From Paraspadella gotoi (Eukaryota > Animalia > Chaetognatha): DNA of 33,894 bases. The notes beneath the pieces were generated by a model that was given only the letters and a program-made list of their open reading frames with translations, did no database searches and was not told the origin of the DNA. Both the position numbers and the translations under genes were made by a program. Shown here piece by piece: positions 8,892 through 18,939 of the stretch (positions are counted from its first letter, which is position 1; every line of letters begins with the position of its first letter). The stretch lies in assembly GCA_051294375.1 (NCBI GenBank), contig CM119271.1, positions 8,619,916 to 8,653,809 of the forward strand, read 5' to 3'.

Positions 8892-11532
8892 GGAATGGGG
8901 AGTGAGACAGATTTTTAAGACAATCGCACCGACGATATACAAAAATCCCGACTTCGACAATTGATAAGCATCCTAAACTTACCTTGATCCAGTTGTAGAC
9001 CTCACCCCGAGACATGAGTGAGTCGCAGAGTCCGATGGTGTCGATCATGTTGACGAGGACATTCTCGCGGGTTCGAGTCGTCGATTGCTGCAGGAAGTAT
9101 CTGGGCGGCGGAAATTGAAAAGTTAAAAAGTCAAGAACGGGAAGCAAGAAAGTTTTAGAATTATAAAGCGAGTTAGTAATGTTAAATTTATTAATGAGAC
9201 GAAACAGAATTGTTGTATATGGGCCATTTAAGCTTCGTTTGTATAAAAAGATGAAATCAAAACAAAATCTACAAATTCTCACTAAACTAAACTAAACTAA
9301 ACTAAATTAAACTAAACTAAACCTCACTAAATCAAGCTTTGATAATTAGTAAACGCATCATCAATATTTCAGCAAACAAACTGTCGATTCTTTCATAAAC
9401 AGTAAACAATATTAATATAACAAAAACCTACGTGTGTTCCTTGGGGATTTGACCTTGAAGGAACTTGACGTCCTTGGTGACGGAGAGGGCCGTCGGTTCC
9501 GACCGGCTAACCTCGCGGTTGAAGAGCAGATTGATGAGTCTGGACTTGCCCGATCCGGTGGGGCCGAGGAAGAGGACGCTGTGGCACTTGTCGTCGTATC
9601 GATTCAAGACCTGGAAAGACAATTGGATAGAGAATGGAGATGATGTCTGAAGTAAAGAATTTTGAAGATGGTCACGCACAGATTTTGGAGATCAGGTTAT
9701 CCTCATTCCTCAATTAACTTTACACTGAACTGGACCTCAGAAAAATCATAATGTGAATTATTTGTGTAAAATTATATGCAACTAAAGATCAGCGCAATCT
9801 ATTTGAGTATTTTTAAATTACAATTACATCAACGCTTGCAATAGTCCTGGTTACATAAGTATTAACTAACATTTTCCAATCATTAGTCCAACTAAATATA
9901 TATATTTCTAAGTATAAGATATGCACTGTACAAAATTTGGCATTCTCTTCAAAAAAACTATTTACAAAATTTGTTTTCAAATAAAACATTTTCAAACAAA
10001 AAAAATCAAAAGACAGACCGACTGACCAAAAAGTCGTCAAAATGAGTCGGCAGACATGTTTAAACGAAACGAACCTGCGCGGTATTCAGATAAGTTATAA
10101 ATTTACGGCAGACATTTATCGGGTAGAGACTCTCCTCGGACAACCTCGGGTCCTCCTTCAAATTGTCGGGCAGAGTGTTGATGAGCTTGGTGTGGTTGGA
10201 AGAGAGGTACGACTTGAAGTAGTCTCGCGCCGGGCTGCCGCCGCTGGCCATCTGGAAGGAGACCCAGGAGCCGCAGTGGATGTAGCGGGCGAGGTGCTCG
10301 CAGTTGCGCAGCACGAGGGAGTAGTTGGAGGCGCCGCAGACTGCGCGTGCGCGAGTTTTGACGTCGGACGTGTTGCTGGAAGTTGAGGGGGGGGGGAGGG
10401 GAAAGATATTTTGATTTAATTTTGACATTTTTCCATTTAATACTTCGCTCCTTAGGTTGTTTTCGTTGGTCGTTGCAGCTTTTTTTTTTTACAAATTCTG
10501 ATTTTTCGACATTTGGATAACTTATGATTGAGGGAGATAGAGAGAGGCGACCACAAATTTCACGATTGGACATTTATGCCAATGGCATAAAAAATGTCAT
10601 GGTTATAAATATTAAAAATATTAAAAATATTCATTGATATCATGAGTACTTAGTATGTTTTATTTTCTTCCTTATTTTCTTTCTTTTTCGAGTCAAGGCT
10701 TTTTTTTTACCAAATTTTCATTTTCTGTTCAACGTTGACTCTGTAAACAAGCAAACATAAAACATATCACCTGAAATTATCGTGAACAACGTATTGGTTC
10801 TTTCTTCGGCCGCCAGAGACGACAGAGTATTTCTCGAAATCGTTGTGAATCTGGTAAAAGATATTTTTTTTTGAGGAATGATCCGAACCGTCCCAAAATA
10901 GAAAGACGGATAGGCAATATAACGAAAGCGACTTAACTAACATTAACGACAATGACGCCAAACAGTGGCCAAGACTCACCGTAACCAACATGTTCCTTAA
11001 CTCGAAGTCTTTAACGTCCTGAAGAGAAGATGTTTAGAGACTGTCTCGAACGCACGTGGTTCTAAATGTATACACTCTTGTCTAGCAACCCCGATGGCAT
11101 AAGAACGAGACTTATTCTTCCAATGGGTTCCGAGACCTAGGTACTTTGGTGTGTATCACTATCAAGAGGAACGAATAGAACCAGCTTGTAGTTACAGATA
11201 TCTCTAGATCCGCTGCTCCGAATTTGTCCCGCCTGTCCTGCCTTCTACAGCCGCCGCCCTCTTTTTCCCTCATTCAATCTCACCGTCACGGTGCAATTCC
11301 CCAACTCGCCGCCGCCAAACTCGACGAACCAATCTCCATCGGTGACGAACCAATGGGCGTAGTCGAAGACGCCGCCGAAGGAACGCTGGATGGAGCAGAG
11401 CTGCAGCGTCGGACCGAGCCGGTCGATGACTTGCAGCTGCCTCTCTCGCTCCACCTGGTTGTACTCGAGCCGGTGGGGCATGATCCAGGTCTGCTTCTCC
11501 GCCTCGACGGGCACGGAGGAAGTTCCGCCCAT
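8672..11532 (-). CDS. Multi-exon gene (3' partial): LRAT/PLAAT-like permuted NlpC/P60 domain fused to AIG1/GIMAP-like P-loop GTPase
   Basis: Exons 11532-11284, (11018-10980), 10850-10771, 10375-10075, 9610-9432, 9100-8983 and 8824-8672 join in matching phases (0,[0],2,0,2,0) with no stops. Splice sites are GT-AG except one CG acceptor. Motifs appear in the expected order: YAHWF, NCEH, GSWVSFQ, GPTGSGKS, SVT, DTIG, YNK. Exons are GC-rich against AT-rich introns. Confidence 0.88.
8983..9100 (-). CDS. Exon 5: GTPase G3 (VNMIDTIGLCD)
   Basis: Acceptor CCCAG|, donor AAG|GTAAGT; phase 2-to-0; DTxGxxD resembles the AIG1/Toc34 DTPGxxD. Confidence 0.9.
9281..9321. repeat. (ACTAA)n pentanucleotide repeat in intron 4
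   Basis: About 8 units, one variant. Confidence 0.9.
9432..9610 (-). CDS. Exon 4: GTPase G1 (GPTGSGKS) and G2 (SVT)
   Basis: Acceptor TTTCCAG|, donor AC|GTAGGT; hydrophobic strand VLFL precedes Walker A, followed by RLINLLF helix and SVT as in AIG1-type GTPases. Confidence 0.9.
10075..10375 (-). CDS. Exon 3: NCEH catalytic-Cys region of the LRAT-like domain plus linker
   Basis: Acceptor CTTCCAG|, donor CAG|GTTCGT; translates (S)NTSDVKTRARAVCGASNYSLVLRNCEHLARYIHCGSWVSFQ...; matches the YxLxxxNCEH...GxxxSxQ signature of LRAT/PLAAT proteins. Confidence 0.9.
10771..10850 (-). CDS. Exon 2 (IHNDFEKYSVVSGGRRKNQYVVHDNF + 2 nt)
   Basis: Acceptor TTTTACCAG|, donor AG|GTGATA. It is the phase 0-to-2 bridge required to join exon 1 to exon 3. 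Confidence 0.8.
10980..11018 (-). CDS. Candidate 39-nt in-frame exon (DVKDFELRNMLVT)
   Basis: Strong acceptor TTCTCTTCAG| and strong donor |GTGAGT; phase 0-0; no stop. Confidence 0.55.
11284..11532 (-). CDS. Exon 1 (83 aa, MGGTSS...YAHWFVTDGDWFVEFGGGELGNCTVT): myristoylation motif and H-box of the LRAT-like domain
   Basis: ATG in good Kozak context (ACA ATG G); donor ACG|GTGAGA at 11283; phase 0; resembles the PLAAT H-box YxHWxxxxGDGxVxH. Confidence 0.88.
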
Positions 11533-12065
11533 TGTTCGGACGTGGAAGGGCGGAAGGGTGAGGTTTTATGGTTGAGGTATCGAGGTAAGGTTTCGGAGTG
11601 ATTTAAAAAAAGACGGAGCTTTCGAGCGTCGGGATCTGAGATTAGAAATTGAAGACTGGATGGACCTGTGTAGATACCGTCCAGCGGAGCGAATCAAAAA
11701 CTTTCGGTCTAGCAACGAGGTTCCGCCGGATTTTGCCGGTTAAAATTAGGGCCGTTTGACCGGAAACGGGTCTTTCGGAAATACAAATACACAGTTAATA
11801 ACTGGTCGAACGAAAAACAACTGTCGATTGTCGATCGCTGTTTCTTTCTCCGACTCGATTTTTAATCAGCTGGATGAAACTGGTTTTCGAAAATCGAATT
11901 TTGAGAGAACTTAATTATTGACATAATAATAATATTGTTATTTTTAGCTTTTGATTAAAATTTTTTTAAGTTCAAATTTGTTTTTAAATAGACGAAACCC
12001 AACTCGAGAGAAGGAAAATCCGCTGAGGTGTGATCGTCTACATTAGTAATTTAGTAATTTAGTTA

Positions 12066-12081
12066 GTTGGGAATTCCCAAC
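12066..12081. promoter_or_regulatory. Perfect 16-bp palindrome containing a consensus NF-kappaB site GGGAATTCCC (12069-12078)
   Basis: GTTGGGAATTCCCAAC about 540 bp upstream of the ATG; a second kappaB-like site GGAAAATCC lies at 12013-12021. Confidence 0.4.
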
Positions 12082-12918
12082 AAAAAAACCGGTTACTTCC
12101 TTCATGACAAGATCAAGATATCGAAAATACAGCTTAATGCTGTTTTAACTAATATAAGGCTTACATCGTAACACTTTGTAATGACAATTTAACTGTTTGC
12201 AAAGACTAGTACGTAACTGAATTCTATAAGTACCTTGTTTTAACATTATTGTGATTATCTTATCTTTTCCGATTGTGGCCAATTGAAACTTAATCTTCGT
12301 TGTCTGTTTAACGAGTTTATGAGGGTCAAAGTTTTAATCGATTGGATTGGTAAATTCGATAATAAAACATATATTCACGTTTCTGGGTTTTGAAAAAAAA
12401 CTCTTTCTAGAAATGTATATTTATTCGCTTACTAATTCTATATTCCTAATTTTTGGAACTGATAAATTTACAAAATTAAACTTAACCCACTGTACTCATT
12501 TACGAGAAATATCCGAGGAGAGAATCTCTCTAAGCTGAAATGATGAATGAGTCCGCCATCTGTCGATTCTGAATGTGATAAATGATGATCTTTTGTTTGC
12601 TTAAAGATGGATTACTGTGATGCGGGTTAAATACTTTTTTCAAATCCACAAGCGCTATCTAGATTAATTTGATTTAAAGCTGTAAATTCTAGCTGTCGCC
12701 GAGATTCTCAGTGGAACTGTTAGTGTTAAATTCTTAAATTTTGCTTGATAAACGGTTGAACCGTAGAATCTCGACAGAAAGAAATGTACCCACATTTCGC
12801 CAACTTAAGAAATATAAAGTATTCAGTCCGGAGGAGAAAAAGCGGTAAGCAGAAAGTTTATTTACGGGAAATGTCGAAATGTTATGACGGGCTTTGGCTC
12901 AATATAGATTGGTTATCG

Positions 12919-12955
<37 letters not shown>

Positions 12956-13138
12956 TCTCTTCTCTCCTCTCTCTCTTCTCTCTCTCTCTCTCTCTCTCTT
13001 CCTCTCTTTTCTCTTATATACGCTTTAATCACTTCATTTAAATCTCTCTCCCCTTTCTTTCTCCAAGTCAGATTGATGTCACAACATTAATGAACTAATT
13101 TTAGCTCCTTTTTATATCCTACCTTTAATCTCTTCGAA

Positions 13139-13179
<41 letters not shown>

Positions 13180-14005
13180 CTCATCTCTCTCTCTCTCTCG
13201 TCTTCTCATTCTCTCTCTCTCTCTCTCACCTTCGGTTCATTAGGCACCGTCAGAGGTTTTCGTAATGCTCTCTCTTTGTCTTTGTCTCAAACTAACAAAT
13301 TAAAATAAATCTTCATTTAAATGTTTTAAGACAAAAAAATTAGTGTTTCCGGAATCAATATTCCGGTATTGGGCAAGCATGAACTGAATAAAAAAATGAA
13401 ATAAGAAAAGATGAGGAAAAATTAAATGAGAGGAAAGGATTTAGAGACGAGAAAGACGAAATGAATGAATCAAGATGAAAAAAAAAACACGAAATATTAA
13501 TTAAAAAAAAAAAAAACGAAACAAATGTAAAAACATGAAACTTAAAGTTTAATGAATCAATATGAGAAAATATGACCCATAAAAAAAAGAATAAACGAAG
13601 CGGAGACGAAAGGAGAAAAGGAGGAGAACGAGACGAGACGGATCCCGTCCTCCATTTTTTATTCTCTTTTGATGGATGGAATGATTTTCGCGAAAAAGAA
13701 AAGAAAAAGATGGATGAAGATGACATGAGTGGAGCAGGTGGAGGGAAGTTGGGGGGAGGGGGCAGAGGGGAAGGTGGAGCGTGGTGGGAAAGGGTGGAGC
13801 AGGGTGCAGGGCAGGTGGGAGAGTTTCGGGTGGCATGGCGAAGGTTGACGGAGTTTAAAGTGGAAATGCTGGGGTCGTAAAGTGGTCACTGACAGGGAGG
13901 TTTTTGAGTTTTTTTTAGAGGGGGCATGCTGAGGGGCAGAGGGGTAGAGGTGGGAACATTGTTGGGACTGAAGAGACAGTAATTATTGTTATATGTTAGT
14001 GACAG

Positions 14006-14172
14006 AACCGTTCAATATAAGCAGTCCCTGAGCTTCGGATCAGGCTGTAACACCATGTTACAGGCGGGTTAAGCGCCCCGTCCCTCTTAACTGCCAGACG
14101 ACCACCGGGCTAGAACCCCGGACCTTTGGGTTGGGAGGCGAATGAACGGTTGGTGGATTTTAGTCCACCATA
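14006..14172. mobile_element. Small non-autonomous element (family B): 9-bp inverted repeats, terminal hairpin, internal tRNA-Gly-like fragment
   Basis: AACCGTTCA (14006-14014) / TGAACGGTT (14143-14151); hairpin TGGTGGA-TTTTAG-TCCACCA (14151-14170); minus strand TCGCCTCCCA...GGTCCGGGGTTCTAGCCCGG; right end repeated at 8636-8663. Confidence 0.6.
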
Positions 14173-14567
14173 GGACAATGAAAAGGATCAGTTTGGGAGA
14201 AGGTTAAGATTATGTCTAAATTTGCAATGCGGATTGCATAGGGAAAGTTTTTTCGAGGGTTGAGCGATGACAACGATACGCCAGACAACCGGGGATCTAC
14301 CTTAGTTATTTTGGACTTTGTATCCGTAAATGAAACTTTAACTATCGAACTCTCAAATAATTTCTTATCGCCACCACCCCTTTAATGAAAATCGACCGAC
14401 GGGAGAGAAAAGTTGAAGAAGATTTCCCGCGATTAAAGAAAATCGGGAGAGAAAAATCCAAGGATTGTCCCGAGGTCAAAAAGTCGAGAAAGGTTGATGT
14501 AAATGTCAAGAAAAGCTGTCAAGAAACTCGGGTTTGATTGACGGTTGTAAGGAGAGGACGAGAGCGG

Positions 14568-14624
<57 letters not shown>

Positions 14625-15137
14625 AGAGAAAAATGATCAATCCTCGGGTGATGAGTCCCTCTGGCGGAGACTAGCGTAAACCGATCGAAGGGAGGATCGT
14701 AATCGATCTTATCGATGGATCCAACTAATATTATTATCAATTATTATTAATTATTATTATTAATCGCCAGTTGATTGTTACTGATTATTTCTTATGAGAA
14801 AAAAATATTTATTTATAATTATTATAAGATTTTTTTTTTGTACTCTCTTTTCTTTTCCTCTTTTTTCTTTTTCTATTCTTCATCATCCTTTGTTCTTATT
14901 TTCTATCGTGCGAATCTTTTGACTTCCCTTTTGTTTGTTTCTCTCCGTTCACTTCCGCTCTCACTTTCAATTTCTTTGTCATTTTAAGTTGTCCGCTTCT
15001 CTCGTTTACTTAATTCTCTTAACGTCCGCTTTTCCCGTCTCTTCCCTTCTACTTATCATCTCTCCTTCGTTACAATAAGCCCCTTCTCTTCCACCCTGCC
15101 CTTCTCCCTTTTCCCCTGACCGCTTCTAGCCTCCCTG

Positions 15138-15239
15138 CATCCCACTTCTCCCGTCCGCTTTTCCCTCCTCCATCCCGCTTCTCCCGTCCGCTTTTGCCTC
15201 CTCCATCCCGCTTCTCCCGTCCGCTTTTGCCTCCTCCAT
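15138..15239. repeat. 33-bp minisatellite x3 (CATCCCGCTTCTCCCGTCCGCTTTTGCCTCCTC)
   Basis: Units start at 15138, 15171 and 15204; no spacers. Confidence 0.92.
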
Positions 15240-15705
15240 TTTTCGACGCCGCGAGAAATATAATCGCTCGTTTGCCGACTGTAAATCAATCGGCACTAGC
15301 GCCGCTTTTGCCGCCGCGGTCAGCGTTTCCGCCGCTGCAGTCGCCGCTACCGCCGCCGCTTCATATCTCTAACATCACCTTCTGCCTTCCGCCTTCCCCA
15401 TTAGAGCCAAAGATGTACCAGCGGTTCGCGTTTCAGAGACAGACGGGCAGAAGAACGGACGGACGGACAAAAAGTCGGACAGAAGCAAAAGACGGACGCC
15501 CTGGGAATCAAAGGGAAGAGGCGGAATAGCCGAATATACAGAGAATCCGTTACACGGATACGCCTCGCGGCGAGAGATGGCGGACAAAAGCGGCGGAGCT
15601 GGCGGCGTCATTCATCAAGATGTGAGACGAGGACGACGACGACGACGACGACGACGACGATAACCAGGTCTGGAGGGATGCGGAAGCACCGACGAGAGAC
15701 TCCAA

Positions 15706-15748
<43 letters not shown>

Positions 15749-15880
15749 CATTGCCCATCGGTTGAGGGCAAAATGTAAGAATTATACGGGAGAGAAATCT
15801 CGGAGGGACTCGAGCGATATTTTATTGGACGACAGCGCGATGTACCTGAAAACTGAAAAGATTTTAGGCAACAGTGAACA

Positions 15881-15958
15881 CTGAAGGCTGAAGAGCGAAG
15901 ACTGAAGATTGAAGGGTTAAGACTGAAGACTGAAGACTGAAGACTGAAGACTGAAGAC
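15881..15958. repeat. 7-bp tandem repeat (GACTGAA)n, about 11 units, degenerate at left
   Basis: Direct reading. Confidence 0.9.
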
Positions 15959-16340
15959 GAAAAAAAAATCCCCAACGCCGACGGATGACGGAGAAGGTTC
16001 TTAACGCTCATTAGTGATCGAGTTATTCCTGGATTAATTCCAAATTGTTTTGCACGTCAATTTCAGTGACAGTTTATTTACTTATAAATGTTAATTGTTC
16101 CAATGTCCGGTGGAGTACCTACCAAGCGAGGCGCCTTACAAGTTTTTTATATATATATGTTTCAGTCACAGCTTCTATCTCGATATGATTGTTCAAGGGG
16201 TAATGCGGAGTCATCAATGTCGCTTGTCATTTCGTCTCATTGAATTCCGCAATTTTGACATAATTTCGATGCCAGATTTTTTTACCGACGGCGTCGCTAC
16301 GAAACGCAAAGATGACTCTTATTCCAACCTTGTTTGAAAA

Positions 16341-16445
16341 TATATGAAATTGGTACAACAAATATAAAAATTATCCATTCATTTAATAAATAAGCTATCT
16401 TGCCCCTGACTTTGGACAGGCTTTTGGTGGTTTAAGGCCTCCGTC
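16341..16445 (+). mobile_element. Interspersed repeat family A, copy 2
   Basis: About 105 bp aligns by eye to 21512-21616 (TATATGAA.TTGGTACAAC...CCCTGACTTTG...TTTAAGGCCTCCGTC). Confidence 0.8.
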
Positions 16446-16870
16446 ACTCTTACAATATAATGACATAGCAGGTCCCTGCAACCTTTCAATCAAATCAAAT
16501 CAATTTCTTTATATATATTTGAGATGCTTGGCTCAATCTCCGAACTCTGACATTTTGCGGAGGTCCGACGCTTCATAATTACTGTAAACTGATTCTCGCT
16601 CTCTTTCGTCCCCCTGTCCGTACTTCCAACCTGACATCTCTCCTTTCAAACGGGACCGCTGTGCGTCCGTCTTCTCCCTGTACGCATAAATCCTCGACTC
16701 GGTCCCACCGAACCAGTAGCGCGGGCATAAATCCCCCTTTTCGTCCTTAGCGGGCGTCTGGCGGGGCGTCGCTGGGCGGTCGGGCGTCGGCGGCGTCGGC
16801 GCGCGACGCGCAGGCATAAATCGTCACTTTCCGCTCGTATTACCAGTAGCGCGAATTAAATCTCATTACG

Positions 16871-16944
<74 letters not shown>

Positions 16945-17206
16945 TCTTCTCTTTTCNNNNNNNNNNNNNNNNNNNNNNNNNNNNNNNNNNNNNNNNNNNN
17001 NNNNNNNNNNNNNNNNNNNNNNNNNNNNNNNNNNNNNNNNNNNNNNNNNNNNNNNNNNNNNNNNNNNNNNNNNNNNNNNNNNNNNNNNNNNNNNNNTCTC
17101 TCGATTTCGTTAAATCGAGAGAATTCGTTAAAACCGAAAGTCACGTTCGTCTTAGTCTCGACGATGATTTACGGGGAAGACGCGTCTCGTAAATTCGCGA
17201 GCGGAG

Positions 17207-17263
<57 letters not shown>
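17207..17263. repeat. (GAC)19 trinucleotide microsatellite
   Basis: Direct reading; other (GAC)n tracts near 15632, 17873 and 19696. Confidence 0.95.
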
Positions 17264-18939
17264 AAGGAAGCATGAAGTAAAAGGATAACGACTAAGAAGA
17301 CCATGAGAATGACAACATGCGACAATGAGGGAATGAAGAATATGGTGATGAGCCTAATGTTAATGACATAGATGACAGTGCTGAAGCGGAAAGAATGACA
17401 AAGAGAAAAAACAAAATACTATTTGACATTGATCAATGTTCATAACAAATNNNNNNNNNNNNNNNNNNNNNNNNNNNNNNNNNNNNNNNNNNNNNNNNNN
17501 NNNNNNNNNNNNNNNNNNNNNNNNNNNNNNNNNNNNNNNNNNNNNNNNNNNNNNNNNNNNNNNNNNNNNNNNNNNNNNNNNNNNNNNNNNNNNNNNNNNN
17601 NNNNNNNNNNNNNNNNNNNNNNNNNNNNNNNNNNNNNNNNNNNNNNNNNNNNNNNNNNNNNNNNNNNNNNNNNNNNNNNNNNNNNNNNNNNNNNNNNNNN
17701 NNNNNNNNNNNNNNNNNNNNNNNNNNNNNNNNNNNNNNNNNNNNNNNNNNNNNNNNAAAGTGTATATATAAATGTATGTCAATCGTTTGATCCCTCAAAC
17801 AATTCAGCGAATAACGAGAGATAAGAGAATAATTCGTGCCGACGACGACGACTGTTTAAAGACGATAAAAAACGACGACGACGACGACGACGACGACAAC
17901 GACGAAGGGATCCATCATCGAAATGACAGTCCAGAGAATTAGACCATCAAATATTTTAGCTTTCCGCTGACACTGGAGAGAAGGGAGGCAGCGGCGGGTN
18001 NNNNNNNNNNNNNNNNNNNNNNNNNNNNNNNNNNNNNNNNNNNNNNNNNNNNNNNNNNNNNNNNNNNNNNNNNNNNNNNNNNNNNNNNNNNNNNNNNNNN
18101 NNNNNNNNNNNNNNNNNNNGCTGGAGAAATGGCCGCGCCGACGCCGCCGCTGTCGCCGCCGCCGCTGATTCCACGGCCGACTCCGCTCCTACCGCTACAG
18201 CGCGAACGGCAGCTGGTTGGAGCGACGTCTGGCTGGAGCAGCTGGCGCTGTATAAAGAAATTTCTGGCGTTTTCACAGTCGAGTCTTTTCACTTTAATTT
18301 TTTTTCAGTGAGTCTTCTTTCACGAGGCGTTACGAGAGTTAAGAACGCTTTGCGGGGGCCACTTGCTACTAATTACTAATTGGAATATTAGGCAAACAAG
18401 AAATTACTAAAAAATATTACATGGTCGACCCATAAAGTTAGTCATATCTTGCCTCTATATTTAAGATTGTGTTGAGACCTCCATCCCTCCCACAAGATAA
18501 TAACATAGAAAATTAACGTCCAAGATTTCAATTAAGACTCTCGGCTTACAGGGTACAGCGATAACTCTTATGAACTGTTTTGTATAAAAAGACTACTTTG
18601 ATGAAATTGTTACAAGCAATAAAAGAATAATAATAGAAATATTATCATAATTTTTTTTTAAAAATTAATTCCTCATTTTTTTTTCATCTCCTCCTCCTCC
18701 TCCTCCTCCTCCTCCTCCTTCCTTCCTCCATCTCATGTCCATCGATCCATCAAATCCTCGTTACTCCATCAAAACCCATCAATTCCATCGCCGGTGCCAT
18801 CAATCCAAAACCTCGTTGCCATCCATCCGTCCGTGGTTGCCATCCATCCATCCTCCCTGCGGATGCCATTTATCCTTTCCCGCTTCGTTCCTTTTTCAAG
18901 GAATTCGTCTTCTCGATTTCAGAAGACGATTTTTTTTAA

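Noticed and set aside
9434-11601. Plus-strand ORFs 9434-9643, 10042-10386 and 11224-11601
   Set aside because: Antisense shadows of the GC-rich minus-strand exons.
14095-14145. tRNA-Gly gene
   Set aside because: No acceptor stem, D-arm or A-box, and the anticodon stem does not pair; only a derived fragment.
15138-15239. 33-bp repeats as a CRISPR array (also the 16-bp repeats at 32306)
   Set aside because: Head-to-tail with no spacers, no cas genes, eukaryotic context.
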